The notes beneath the pieces were generated by a model, which had not been told where the DNA came from, did no database searches, and saw only the letters and a program-made list of their open reading frames with translations. This document shows positions 13,821 to 24,797 of a stretch of DNA of 64,000 nucleotides, piece by piece. The position numbers were made by a program, and so were the translations under genes. This DNA is from Catajapyx aquilonaris. Its lineage: Eukaryota. Where the stretch lies: assembly GCA_000934665.2 (NCBI GenBank), contig JYFJ02001992.1, positions 1 to 64,000 of the forward strand. The letters are read 5' to 3'. The stretch's first letter is position 1, and each line of letters opens with the position of its first letter.

Positions 13821-13950
13821 CTCATGTCACCATAGCCCACTGTGGTCATGGTTACAACAGCCCACCAGAAGGCATCCGGAATAGACTTGAAGAAAGACTT
13901 GTCAGAGCCAGCTTCGGCGAAGTACACAGCGCTTGAGAAGAGTACAACAC
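13821..13950 (-). CDS. Sh: Shaker alternative pore exon P2 (turret GSDKSFF; filter TVGYGDM-R)
   Basis: Acceptor gctcttgcag|GT and donor ATGAG|gtaatc; 130 nt. Reads [42 protein letters not shown], and AG|A gives Arg. Confidence 0.95.
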
Positions 13951-14003
13951 CTGCAAGAGCATGTCTAGTGATCCACATGGGGAGGCAAAGCAGTTGGGAT
14001 TAC

Positions 14004-14182
14004 CTAATGTCCCCGAATCCGACAGTGGTCATCAAACACAACTAAGGCCCACCAGAACGCGTGCGAGATCGACTGGAAGCACTCTTCCGTCATTTGGCCA
14101 AAACCAACACAGGTTTTGTCTACCACATGGTACTCATTCAAAATGTTGGTCATATATGCACCATTCGATAAGAGCAAAATCC
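14004..14182 (-). pseudogene. Sh: Divergent third pore (S5-P) exon, P1; frameshifted as assembled (pseudo-exon, poison exon or assembly error)
   Basis: Acceptor atgatttctttcag|GG. Reads GILLLSNGAYMTNILNEYHVVDKTCVGFGQMTEECFQSISHAFWWALVV, then a frameshift, then MTTVGFGDI(R)|gtaatc. Length is 179 nt, one base off the required phase. Confidence 0.8.
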
Positions 14183-14721
14183 CTGAAAGAAATCATTGTG
14201 GATGTACAGTACATGCAGACGAGGACAGCTCTGCTTGCAGCTGCTGAAAGCGCAAAAGCAGCAACGGAATCACGGGGCCAAGCTATAGGAAGCGTCTCAT
14301 CTCCGGTACTGTCGACTTTCGATCTTCTAATCTGCTCATAGTCATTAGGAGATGCAAATTTAAACGGTGATAGCTTTTCGACACGCCTATATTGTATGTG
14401 CGAATAAGAAAGCTAAACACGTTCGTGGTCTGAAAGATTTGAGGCAAGTGTCAGATCAAAATGGTCCATAGTGGCCCTAATGTAATGGGTATGTAGGAAT
14501 AACGATGCAAGTGCCTGTTGCACCAGGTTAGATACACTAATGCCCAATTCCGGCGTGCAGCCAATGAGAAGACAGAGTTCCCGTCAGCGCATCGTGTGCG
14601 TGAATGAGCCATAAAATTTTAGCAATTCTCCAAGGTAGGTAATATTTAAAAATTCTTAATGCGAGTAATATTATGTAGCATATTATAAATAATATGATAT
14701 AACCCAATTGCGTACGTTCGC

Positions 14722-14944
14722 AATAAGGTTGTCCATAAAGTACTATGGGGCTCAAATTGTTTTGGCCACTTTATCCTGGTCTTGAAGCAACCCTTCGAAC
14801 AGGCCCCACGTTGAGGAGACCAGGCTAAAGTGTTCAAAACAATTTGAGACCCATAGTACGTCACGCTGCGCTGGTAGGGGACAGGATTGACGTTACAGAC
14901 CGTGACATGGGCGTATGGTCAGTACTTTATGGACGACCTCTTAC
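14722..14944. repeat. Interrupted inverted repeat, probable MITE remnant
   Basis: aggttgtccataaagtactatggggctcaaattgttt pairs with aaacaatttgagacccatagtac (about 14837) and agtactttatggacgacct (about 14921). Confidence 0.6.
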
Positions 14945-15499
14945 CAACAACATGTACCATTTTGGTCTGCTGTGCTAATTAATTTTTCAAAAAAATTATA
15001 CTTCAATTTCAGAACGTGTGCAGGGACATTACAATACTAAATCAATATTTTAACTCGTTAATATGTGCATATAACACAATACTGAATGAATTGTTCACCC
15101 ACCGAGCCGTGTAGCAATCGATTGTAGGAAAATGAGTTTTACAAATTATTCCACCCACACATTTGTTTTTCCAAAAACATAGAATATACGGTACTCGTGT
15201 GGGACGGGTGTCAGTGGTTTTACATGTACTCTTCAATTGTAATAACCGAGTTCTCTGAGCCTACCCTCAAATTCCTCTCTGATAAAGGCAAAATAATAAG
15301 CGTTCTGGCACATTTAATTAACAGATTATATAACACGTTTCCCAGTTCCTTCATTTTACTCTGCGCATATTTACTACACCAATAATGCTGCATTTCCTTC
15401 GAGGCATTGCATTAAAGTGTCAGTTGCAGAGTCTAGCTTGTACATGTAGCTTGAGTCTAGCTGTAGGCAGAAAGAATGCATCAAGGAAGTCGAGATCGA

Positions 15500-15503
15500 G
15501 AGA

Positions 15504-15546
<43 letters not shown>

Positions 15547-15547
15547 A
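15500..15547. repeat. (GA)n microsatellite
   Basis: Visible tandem GA. Confidence 0.9.
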
Positions 15548-17570
15548 AGCTTAAGAAAAAATATATCTCCAAGCAACATGATTATATCCATCTGCACAAA
15601 GCCAGAAAGTTAATAACCTCCTGAAATGGGTAAGCGCTGAAAGCTACGGAATAGAGCGTAAGTCCAAAACAGGATGTCACTCAACCCTACAATGTAACCT
15701 TGGAGATAACTTTAAGTACGCTTACTGATGGACATGAAAAATTTAAGAAGCTTCGTTTAATTGTCCGATACAGAGAACATTTTAAGGAAAAGGCATGCAC
15801 TGTAATCATATCAGTATATAACGCAAATAATTTGTCGCTGCCAAGCTCTTCAATTGTTCATGCCCATAGTGTAATGTACTCCACACGCGATAATTATATT
15901 TACAACTCCTAATCACTTATATAGGGACTCGATCAGCACATTAATATTGGCAATATGAAGTAACGATGACAGCATAGTTAGAAATGTATGGTTGCAGCAT
16001 AATAAAATGACAATGATGCTGTTAATATCTGATAAGTTACTTCTAGAGACTTATGACTGGCCGACCTTTCGATAATCAAATTAAACTACCAATCAAATTC
16101 AGTCAACATCAACATCTTTCAAGCAGCAGCAGTTAGCAAGCATCAATCATTTCATTTACTAGTAGTTTACGGCAGTAAGTATCAGATACACATGTACTAT
16201 CCGTATATGCTATTACAAACTGGTTTTAGGCGAACCGCATATTAACCTGCACTTAAACGCCTAAATAATACTGTCAAATGTATGATTTTTTTTTTGCTTC
16301 TAACCTGATAATTACATTTGAAGGGGAACTTGATAGACTTTCATAAAAGCTGATCACAACTTTGTGTAATTTACGGCGTTACAGTTTCCGAGACTCATAA
16401 TCTTTGAAGCTCATAGATTTAAGACTTGTGAGAATTAGTTTCCACAGGCAGAATGGGNAGAATGGGGGGGGGGGGGTCCAATGAAGGCTTTGTAGAAAGA
16501 TGTTGAAAAGCTGCAATTTTTAACAAAAGAATTATATGAAAAAGGATTATATACTGCATGTTAAATTAATATTTCCACTCATAATATGACATCATTTTCG
16601 TGATTACGCAATCCGATTTACATGCCCTTAATTGTTATATGTGTTTCATTTTTATGTAGGGCTTTCATTATCATGCGTCAATGCATTTTACTTATTTAAT
16701 AAGGTCAGCGGAAAGCTGTCATAAGTCACAACATGGTCAATTAAAAGTTAAATGGACTACTCCGGATAATAGTGTTTTCTGTCGTTGTTAAGAGTGGCTT
16801 GAAAAATAATGCTGCACAAACATGTGTGATGGCCCAACCTGCAAAGTCGCCTTGTGATGACTCATCCCATACACCGAAGATACACAGGGTGTTCCACGTT
16901 TAACTCACTTGTATAATAAAGTAAACACTTAATAATAAAGTCGAAAACACACATAAATATTTGTGCGCCCATCCAGATTAATTTGATTCCATTCGTGAAT
17001 TTATACTATTATTACGAGGCTTTATTATGCAAATAGAGTTGAGCGTAGACCTCCTGATACTCTATAACTGACAACAAAATGTAGGTGGTCCAGTATAAAC
17101 TTCCCACAGTGTCATGAGGGACATTCAACTAATCGTGACTTAGATAGCAACATTGTTGTGAGGATATTACTGGCGATGTTACAGGTCTTGGAGAGTTTAT
17201 TATGGACCACATGGCATAACTGCACTATACTTCAAGAGGAAGAGGGCATTATTGCCTACACACGTCTTTCCCAAAACGAAGGAACAAAAAACAGCTATTT
17301 GAAACACCCCCAGACGATGGCAAGCCGAGGCTGGAAGAGGAAATCAACGCCACCAAGTATACGAACCACCAACACAAGAGCATGTATATATGATAAAAAA
17401 AAGCACAAACATCACAAATCACCAAAGGTACACCGGATCCCGCACTACTAGAACCATGATGTGAGAAAAAGTAGAAAAGCGCAAAATTGACGCGCGCATG
17501 ACTTTTGTGAGGACAAAAAAAGAACAAAGAAATATATGGGTTTTCGAAGGTTTTGTCTGCTTGTACTTAC

Positions 17571-18217
17571 CAATGAATAAGAAAAATATGAGCAAGCCTA
17601 ACTCCCTCATGGATGCCTTGAGAGTCCTGCCGAGGATTTGTAGCCCCTTGGAGTGCCTGGAAAGTTTGAATATTCGGAACACTCGCACCAACCGGATCAC
17701 TCGGAGGATGGCCAGGGACATGGCCTGGTTGGAGCTCTTGTCCGTAGGTCCCGCCGGAGCCAGAGGCTTGGTCATCAGCAACTCCTCCTTCTCGGCCACC
17801 ACCGTGCCCAGCGTTATGAAGTAAGGAATGATCGCAATGATATCTATAACGTTCATGACGTTTCTAAAAAAGGCAAACTTGTTTGGACAGGCTAAGAAGC
17901 GCACGATCAACTCGAAGGTGAACCATATGATGCATATGGTTTCGATCAGGAAAAAGGGGTCTGTGATTGAGGGCACTTCATCCTCCTCGATCTTGGTGTG
18001 GTTGGCTAAGGTTCGGTACACTTTGTAGTGCTTGAACTCGGGCAAGGTCTCCAGACAGAAGATGACGATGGACAGGAGGATGACGAAGACCGAGATAATG
18101 GCCACCACCCTGGCGTGTTGAGAGCTCTCCGGGTATTCGAACAGAAGCCATATCTTGCGCTGAAGCTCATGCGACGGCAGCGGCTTCTCCTCTTCCTTGA
18201 TGAAGCCCTCATCTTCC
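17571..18217 (-). CDS. Sh: Shaker S1-S4 voltage sensor and start of S5
   Basis: [14 protein letters not shown]...S4 [22 protein letters not shown]...[13 protein letters not shown]; acceptor gattgcag|G, donor ATTG|gtaagt; 647 nt with phases 2 to 1, consistent with neighbours. Confidence 0.99.
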
Positions 18218-18540
18218 CTGCAATCGGAGTCAACCAAACAACCATCATCAGTACATTTGTCGAGTTTGCACGTTGATTCAAGGAGTAACATACTAGCAGA
18301 AAACAAAGTCATGCACATTTTACGGTAATATTGCTTATATGTTACTTTATGTTATACATCAAGTGACATTAAGAGGAGTGAATAGTCTCCCTGCAAAACG
18401 TGCAACGCAGCACATTAGCTTAGGACAGTAGTACGCCTGGAATCGGCTCAAAATAAATATGATGACATTAATGTTTTTCTATGAAGGTCGTCAGACGCTC
18501 TGATTCTCTAACAGATTCTGCTAGCTAGCTTGTGTAAGTA

Positions 18541-18719
18541 CAGTGAGACTTGTCTATCGTGGAGTCGATCCGTTCCGGAATAATTTTTCGAACTGAACAA
18601 GTTTCTGTTACAGCATATGCGACAGAAATGCGTGGGAAGTCCTCAGCCGGGACCAAACAAAAGTTTTGTATTGAACAAGTTTCCGATTCACCTACGTCCG
18701 TGATAGACAAGTTCCACTG
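18541..18719. mobile_element. Small CAGTG-ended MITE
   Basis: ta-cagtgagacttgtctatc...gatagacaagttccactg. Confidence 0.7.
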
Positions 18720-18722
18720 CAG

Positions 18723-18723
18723 C

Positions 18724-18802
<79 letters not shown>
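18723..18802. repeat. (AGT)n microsatellite
   Basis: Visible tandem AGT. Confidence 0.95.
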
Positions 18803-20238
18803 AGTTTGAGAGCCAGGTGTAAAACGTGTACATTGAGAAGTGTGCTATCAGGGGAGGCGGGGTGCGTTCTGGTTTTCAAAACAATAATATATGGTAACCG
18901 CGATCGAAAAGTTAAATGCTTTGTTGGTAAATCAAGCATTTTAAAAAATACAAGTGAAGTGAAGTGTACTGCTCCTGAGCCTTTCATATAATTGTCGGTG
19001 CCGCAGATACGCACAATACAGGACATTTTTGGCATTCGGTACATAATTATTGGGACATTCCGTTACATCCTATAGCTGAACAATATGCTAGAATTTACTC
19101 ACACTTAAAATTTAGGTCTGTGTCTAGTCAACATTCGAAATTAAAGTACTGCAGATATCAGTAGCTAGTTAAAATCCGGGTTTAAAAGAACTACTCGCAA
19201 TCTGTATCAGTTGCAGAAATATTAAATGTATATAATGCAAATAAAAGGCAATATTTTACAACGGCCTGCGCTGATTTGTTCATAAATCCTAATATTATTA
19301 GATGGAAACCTGTAGATAACGGAGTAGTTTCGTTCCAATATTTTTCCATACTTAAGAGGGTTCAGTTATACGCGACAGAAATATACTGAAAATAATCCTC
19401 CGTGGCGAAGCAAAAGTTGCGTATATTGGGCCTGTTTATGCTGGAGGCAGGTTTAAAATATATACTATATAGACAGGGTTTATTGTATATGTATTTATGA
19501 CACTTCTCCCACTATATCCTCATATCAATGGCCATCAGTGTGGGCAAAGAGATAAATAATAGACCTACTATTTGAAAGAAATCTCAGTCGCCACAAAAGT
19601 GCACAATAATACAAGGTGGAGTGTACAGATTTGCAATAGATGTCGAATACAGGCCTATATTTTTTTTAAACATGCTAGTACGCTCTCTGCGCGAACCAGA
19701 ACTCGGGTCATTGGCTCCAGGTCAACCTAGATCAAATAGGAAGAGCAAGAGTTATATGCAGCGCAGCGAGCGTAGCGTGTGTGTAAGTGGACCTTAACAT
19801 TGCGTATGTTTGTTTTTTTTTTCTCCCGAAACCTCTGTATGTGAATCGCGTGACTATTTTCGTTGTACAAGCCTATGTATATTCTAACAACAGTACACCC
19901 CTTCGCGTCGATAAGACTCGTGCCAAAATGTCCATTGCCACAACTTCATTATCATCTCTAGGTCACTAACAATGTGAAGAGCAGTTCTGTACGTACATGA
20001 TGATATTTTTGTTGGAAAAAGGGTCATATCAGGTATAAGTTTATAAATTATTGAGTTTTAAATTAATGTTTAATATGCACTCCCTACTCTGACCAGGACC
20101 AGAAGAAAAAGCCCGCTGTTTAAAGAATGTCAGAAATGACTATCGCACAGCGCCCTCCCTTGGGAACCTCCCCTCCCCTAAGAGGACCTCGGGCCCTATT
20201 ACGGGTTGTCAAAAAGATAATCAATGATTAATATGGTA

Positions 20239-20511
20239 CAGTGCTGGACATTAATTCCGTCATACTGCGAGCGACATTTTCTAATGCGGCGGAAGTGCAA
20301 ATCGAAGTGATAGAGTGCGAGCTGTGTGAGTAAGGAATGGTAGCCCTTGGGTGACGTCACTGGCTGGGGACAAGCCTTTTCTCCCTTGCTCCCAGCCGGT
20401 GACGTCACTCAAGGCCTACCTCTTCTTACTCGCACGGCTCACACTTCGATTTTCACTTCCGCCTCATCAGAAATGTCGCAAGCAGTATGACGCGATTAAT
20501 GTCCAACACTG
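20239..20511. mobile_element. Foldback CAGTG-ended MITE, TA-flanked
   Basis: ta-cagtgctggacattaattccgtcatactgc...gcagtatgacgcgattaatgtccaacactg-ta; imperfectly palindromic over its whole length. Confidence 0.85.
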
Positions 20512-20546
20512 TAAGAAAATTAGCTGATTGGTCCTGAGTCCGTTAC

Positions 20547-20812
20547 CTGAACTTGTTGGTGGCCAACTCCCCCAGCTCATAGAACTTGATCTCCTCGGAG
20601 AAGACGTCGAGAGGCACGTTGACCGGGCGCCGTAACCTTCCGCCGCTCTGGTAGTAGTAGAGGATGGCATCAAAACTGGGCCGGTTGCGGTCGAAGAAGT
20701 ACTCGTTCCGGAGCGGGTCGAAGTACCGGATCCTCCGAGCGGGATCGCCCAGAAGGGTGTCCGGGAACTGATTCAGCGTCCGCAACTGGGTTTCGAACCG
20801 GAGACCGCTCAC
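20547..20812 (-). CDS. Sh: Shaker T1/BTB tetramerisation domain exon
   Basis: [24 protein letters not shown]...[17 protein letters not shown]; acceptor ccctgcag|, donor AG|gtaacg; 266 nt. Confidence 0.98.
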
Positions 20813-22036
20813 CTGCAGGGGGAAGAAGAGACATACACATCATCACCATTCCAAATTATAGCCATCAGCAAATTGCTTTTTGACACTTGGATGGCCATCA
20901 GCACGCTTGGATTCCTTCCCGGCCAGTAAAATTAGCCTAAGGGCACCGTCAAAATAGATACTCAGCCTCAGGAAGTCCCCTATTTCCTCCAATTCAAACC
21001 ATATCTCAATATAATAATGGCAGTGATAGATCATTAGCATAGTCACGTCTACTCAAGCCTAATATGTCAAGGGATCTATATAACTTACGTCCCACTTCCT
21101 CTACCCTGCTTTTCACGAATTCGTGAAACCACGTCCGAATCAATCTTTCAAATCAAGTCTCAATTCCGAGGAAATTTGGAGGGGGGTAAATCCCAGAGTT
21201 TCACCCAACCACCCCCTTCGTCTCCTGCATCATGTATCTGCTCCAAAACTGGACATTTTGAGCGCACGGCGCTGATCAATACCTGCACTTTGAGGAGACA
21301 CTCTTATCAAGTACACCAGAAACTAACCATTAGGCTACGGGACTACGTCACGTTTCGCACGGACGCTAATCGAGCTTCCTCAACTATATTTCATGCCGTA
21401 TCAAAGTACAGGACCTGATGTGGGTTCAAAATAATGTGTGTACTAATCATGGGGGAATAGCTGTTTCGACCTGTGCAGTCACGCCCGGTTAGCTCTGGGA
21501 GGTATAGTGGAACAGTAGGATGTCACTAGGAATTCTAGGGGAATAGAATCAACTGATGCGAATCTATGGGAGAGGAGGAGGATCCAGGTGTTCTGTTGCT
21601 GCTTAGTGATTCTATTTCGTCCTGTTCGTCGCATGTCGTTAGTGGGAATTCAGTTAAGGCAAGAGAAGGAGTCTGATGGGGCAGGAAGGTACCTGGATAG
21701 GTCGGTTCCAGTACGCACAAAAATTCACTAACTTACTTTTAACTAGTACGTCATGATCCAAAGTTACATAAAAGTATATGTAATGTGAGTTTGTTTCGGA
21801 ATAAAATCATTAGGACTTGCCAACATTTGTGGTATACGAATCAAGGAGGTAATCATTTCGCTACTCCGGTGTACACCTGCCAGTGGTACTCCCTGGTACT
21901 CCTCAGGTACCTCACTCTTTATTACTCCTTGGTACTCTTTGAATTTGGTACTCCAGTGTACACTTCTCAGTCGAGTGGTTACCCCCTTGATACGAATACT
22001 TCACATTGAATCAGATCATAATGTAAACATTAATAA

Positions 22037-22342
22037 TATATATAAATAAAGCCGTTTGTGAGTCTGTCTGTCTGTCTGTCCGCCTGACAACCGTCATTTG
22101 CCTGCCATTTGTACTCCACCCCCAGGCCGGGAGAGAATGGAGGTGTTGGGGGTTTGACTACAGATGGCAGGCAAATGACGGTTGCCGTTAAACAGGCGGG
22201 AGAGGTTGAAGGTGTTGGAGTAGGAGGACCACAGATGGCATTGGTGGCCGGACACACAGAACGACAGACAGTTGACGGGGCTACTGGCAGGTGTTTTCCC
22301 TTCATTAATTTCTTCACGGGCAACGCCGCGTGCCGCAGCTAG
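22037..22342 (+). mobile_element. Non-autonomous Helitron-like element, copy 1
   Basis: 5' tatatataaataaagccg, (GTCT)n tract, internal hairpin, 3' GC hairpin followed by CTAG|T. Confidence 0.8.
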
Positions 22343-22410
22343 TACTACATAATAACATATTACGAGCATCAGAGAGGTTTTTTGACTTATAATTATTATT
22401 CGTTCCTATA

Positions 22411-23520
22411 CAGAGTGTTCACGAATTATTCTGCCAATATACAGGTGGGGGTGAGTATGGAAGAGGCATGGCATGGGTCGGAAAGGCCGGCGACGATCTG
22501 ATTAGGAGATGTCGACCCAACCCACTGCAACTCCGTCTTTTTTTCACATAGGTTTCCCCCTCCGACCCCCGTGACTTTCGAGAGGCAAGGATGCTTATCA
22601 GTAGTTAGGTAGGGTGCCGCATCGCTTGAGTTTGTGGCGCTTTTGTTTGTTTTTTAGTGCTCTACGCCAGACCACATACAGCAAACCTGGTGGGGGAACG
22701 CGACGAACCAAGACTCCCAAACCGCCAATTCAAATCTAGTAGGCATGGTCCGTTCGTTCCTGTTCGTTCCCCCCTCCGTTTCCCCCTTCGTTCTCAATTA
22801 ATAGTAATAATTTTCGTCGCAGTGAGGGGTGTCGCTCTATGTACTGCGGCGTAGACGCTGGCGGGTGGGACTCTGGAGATTCACGCGATAAGGGGGCTAC
22901 TTTCCAGACCTGTGTATATATTATATACTAGCTGCGGCACCCGGCGTTGCCCGGGAAGAAATGAATGAAGGGAAAACACCTGCCAGTACCCCCGTCAACT
23001 GTCTGTCTTTCTGTGTGTCCGCCCACCAATGCCATCTGTGGTCCTGCTACTCCAACACCTTCAACCTCTCCCGTCTGTATAACGGCAACCGTCATTTGCC
23101 TGCCATCTGTAGTCAACCCCCAACACCTCCATCCTCTCCCAGCCTGGGGGTGGAGCACAGACGGCAGGCAAATGACGGTTGGCAGGCGGACAGACAGACA
23201 GACTCACAAACGGCTTTATTTATATAGAGATATACAACACTCCTCGGCCGTGTGTCGACCTTTGACATCGACAATGTCTATCCTGACGAGTATGGATACC
23301 CCCGTGCATATCTGCATTGCTGGTTGCCGGGGTCATGCGCTCGCATTGCCAGACCTGACTTCGGCAACCAGAAATGCAGGAATGCGTGAGGGTATCCATA
23401 CTTGTCAGGACATCGTCGACGTCAACATCGTCGCCGGCCTTTCGGGCCCATGCCATTCTTCTTCCACATGCAACTCCTACCACCCATATTTTTTGGCAGA
23501 CGAATTCGTGAACACCTTCT
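22411..23520. mobile_element. TIR element hosting a nested Helitron-like insertion
   Basis: About 85-bp imperfect TIRs: cagagtgttcacgaattattctgccaa...gaaaggccggcgacgat versus atcgtcgccggcctttc...ttggcagacgaattcgtgaacac. Confidence 0.75.
22928..23229 (-). mobile_element. Helitron-like element, copy 2 (inverted relative to copy 1)
   Basis: Reverse complement of 22037-22342; on the minus strand it starts tctatataaataaagccg and ends cccgggcaacgccgggtgccgcagctag|t. Confidence 0.85.
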
Positions 23521-23849
23521 ATACTAATTTAAGAACAAATGAATTCATTACATTAGGAAGCCCGAGTTGTATTGAACTGGCCAAATATATTATACGTAAA
23601 TAGGCAGTACTTATGTTAACATGTCAGTGTTTTGTCATTGCTGTGCATAAAAAGCGCTTTTCGCTAACTGGTAAGAACTAAGTGACCAACATGGAACTGT
23701 CGAATCACACTCTGGACCATTTATGAACAGAAATTAAGGAGAAAATTATGGTTATCTTGAATTTTTGCATTACGATTTTACATAATTTGCCTTCATACAA
23801 CCGGTCCTCAGTCACCTATCTCGCAGATATTGTATATACTTCAGGTGTA

Positions 23850-24038
23850 CAGGGTGTCCCGAAAGTAAGCTCAGATAGTATCGGTGGATATCTCGCATAT
23901 GCTCCGAACTCAGGTTGTCACCCTGATTGACAGGTGTGGTGAGCCACCTACCAAGGGCACGCAGTCAAAATATCCTTACACATGAGTGCCAACTTGATAC
24001 AGGAGCATATTCGAGATTTCCACCAATGGAACACCCTG
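23850..24038. mobile_element. CAGGGTG-ended MITE
   Basis: ta-cagggtgtcc...gaacaccctg-ta. Confidence 0.65.
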
Positions 24039-24383
24039 TATATTGGTGCGGGTCCAGAAAAGGTTAAAGGAGGTCTCTTTCTGCAGAAGAAACAATGAGC
24101 CTCCACCAAAACATAATAATAGCACTGTCAATTTCTTTTGACTAATGAATACAGCTAAGTAAAGCTTTCACAATCGGACCTCTTTGTAACTCTTAACAAT
24201 ATCAGAAATAAAATCCTGACCTAGGACAACCTTATCTCTACTGGAGAGGTAAGGGTAGCCAAGATGCCATGGCCCAGTTAGGCTGACGTATGATGCGTAG
24301 TTGCTTGGGACATTGACTGGTGTAAATGGACATTTACTGTCTAAATAACCATTAGGTAGTACATAGTACCGGTTGAAACTTAC

Positions 24384-24507
24384 GTTAATGACCACCCTCT
24401 CGCAGAAGTCGTGGTCGTGAGGGATTGGTTCGAAGTGTCCAGAGCCGGTGTATTGTGCTTGGGGGGTCGGGCCCTCCTCGTCCTGGCTGCTCAACTTCGG
24501 GAGCGAC
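24384..24507 (-). CDS. Sh: Shaker first common exon ([12 protein letters not shown]...[12 protein letters not shown])
   Basis: Acceptor tttgttctgacag|G and donor AAC|gtaagt; 124 nt. The peptide matches the segment where Drosophila Shaker alternative N-termini join the constant region. Confidence 0.96.
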
Positions 24508-24777
24508 CTGTCAGAACAAAACATCCCATGTCAGTATGATTACTGCTCTCAACACCATAGGGTCCTTACAACCCCAATAGCACACAATAGATACGTGACA
24601 CTGCCCCTCGGTTCGCAGGCAATCACAATGCATGATGGGTGCGCCCATCTAACTGGTGGGAAAGTCTCTTCCCACCTACACAATGTCACACTACAGTATG
24701 CCAAACCCAATATTGGCCTGAGGTATTGAAAAAATAAAACAGCTTCCAGTTTGGTTTCGGTAAATTGTATAACTCAC

Positions 24778-24797
24778 CCTCCAGGCCAAAAAAACAT
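24778..24797 (-). CDS. Candidate short proximal first exon (MFFWPGG)
   Basis: ATG TTT TTT TGG CCT GGA GG|gtgagt, phase 2, 270 nt upstream of the common acceptor. Confidence 0.25.

Noticed and set aside
16458..16458. Single n bases beside long G/C homopolymers throughout the window
   Set aside because: Assembly uncertainty rather than biology; relevant only as a caution for the frameshift calls.
18218..18318. ORF-track extension upstream of the S1-S5 exon (and similar extensions at 9688-9775, 10290-10321, 24168-24383)
   Set aside because: These lie outside clear splice sites and show no channel homology.
20807..20820. cag|GTGAGC at the T1 exon start resembles a recursive site
   Set aside because: Explained by the conserved Val-Ser codons; there is no independent support.
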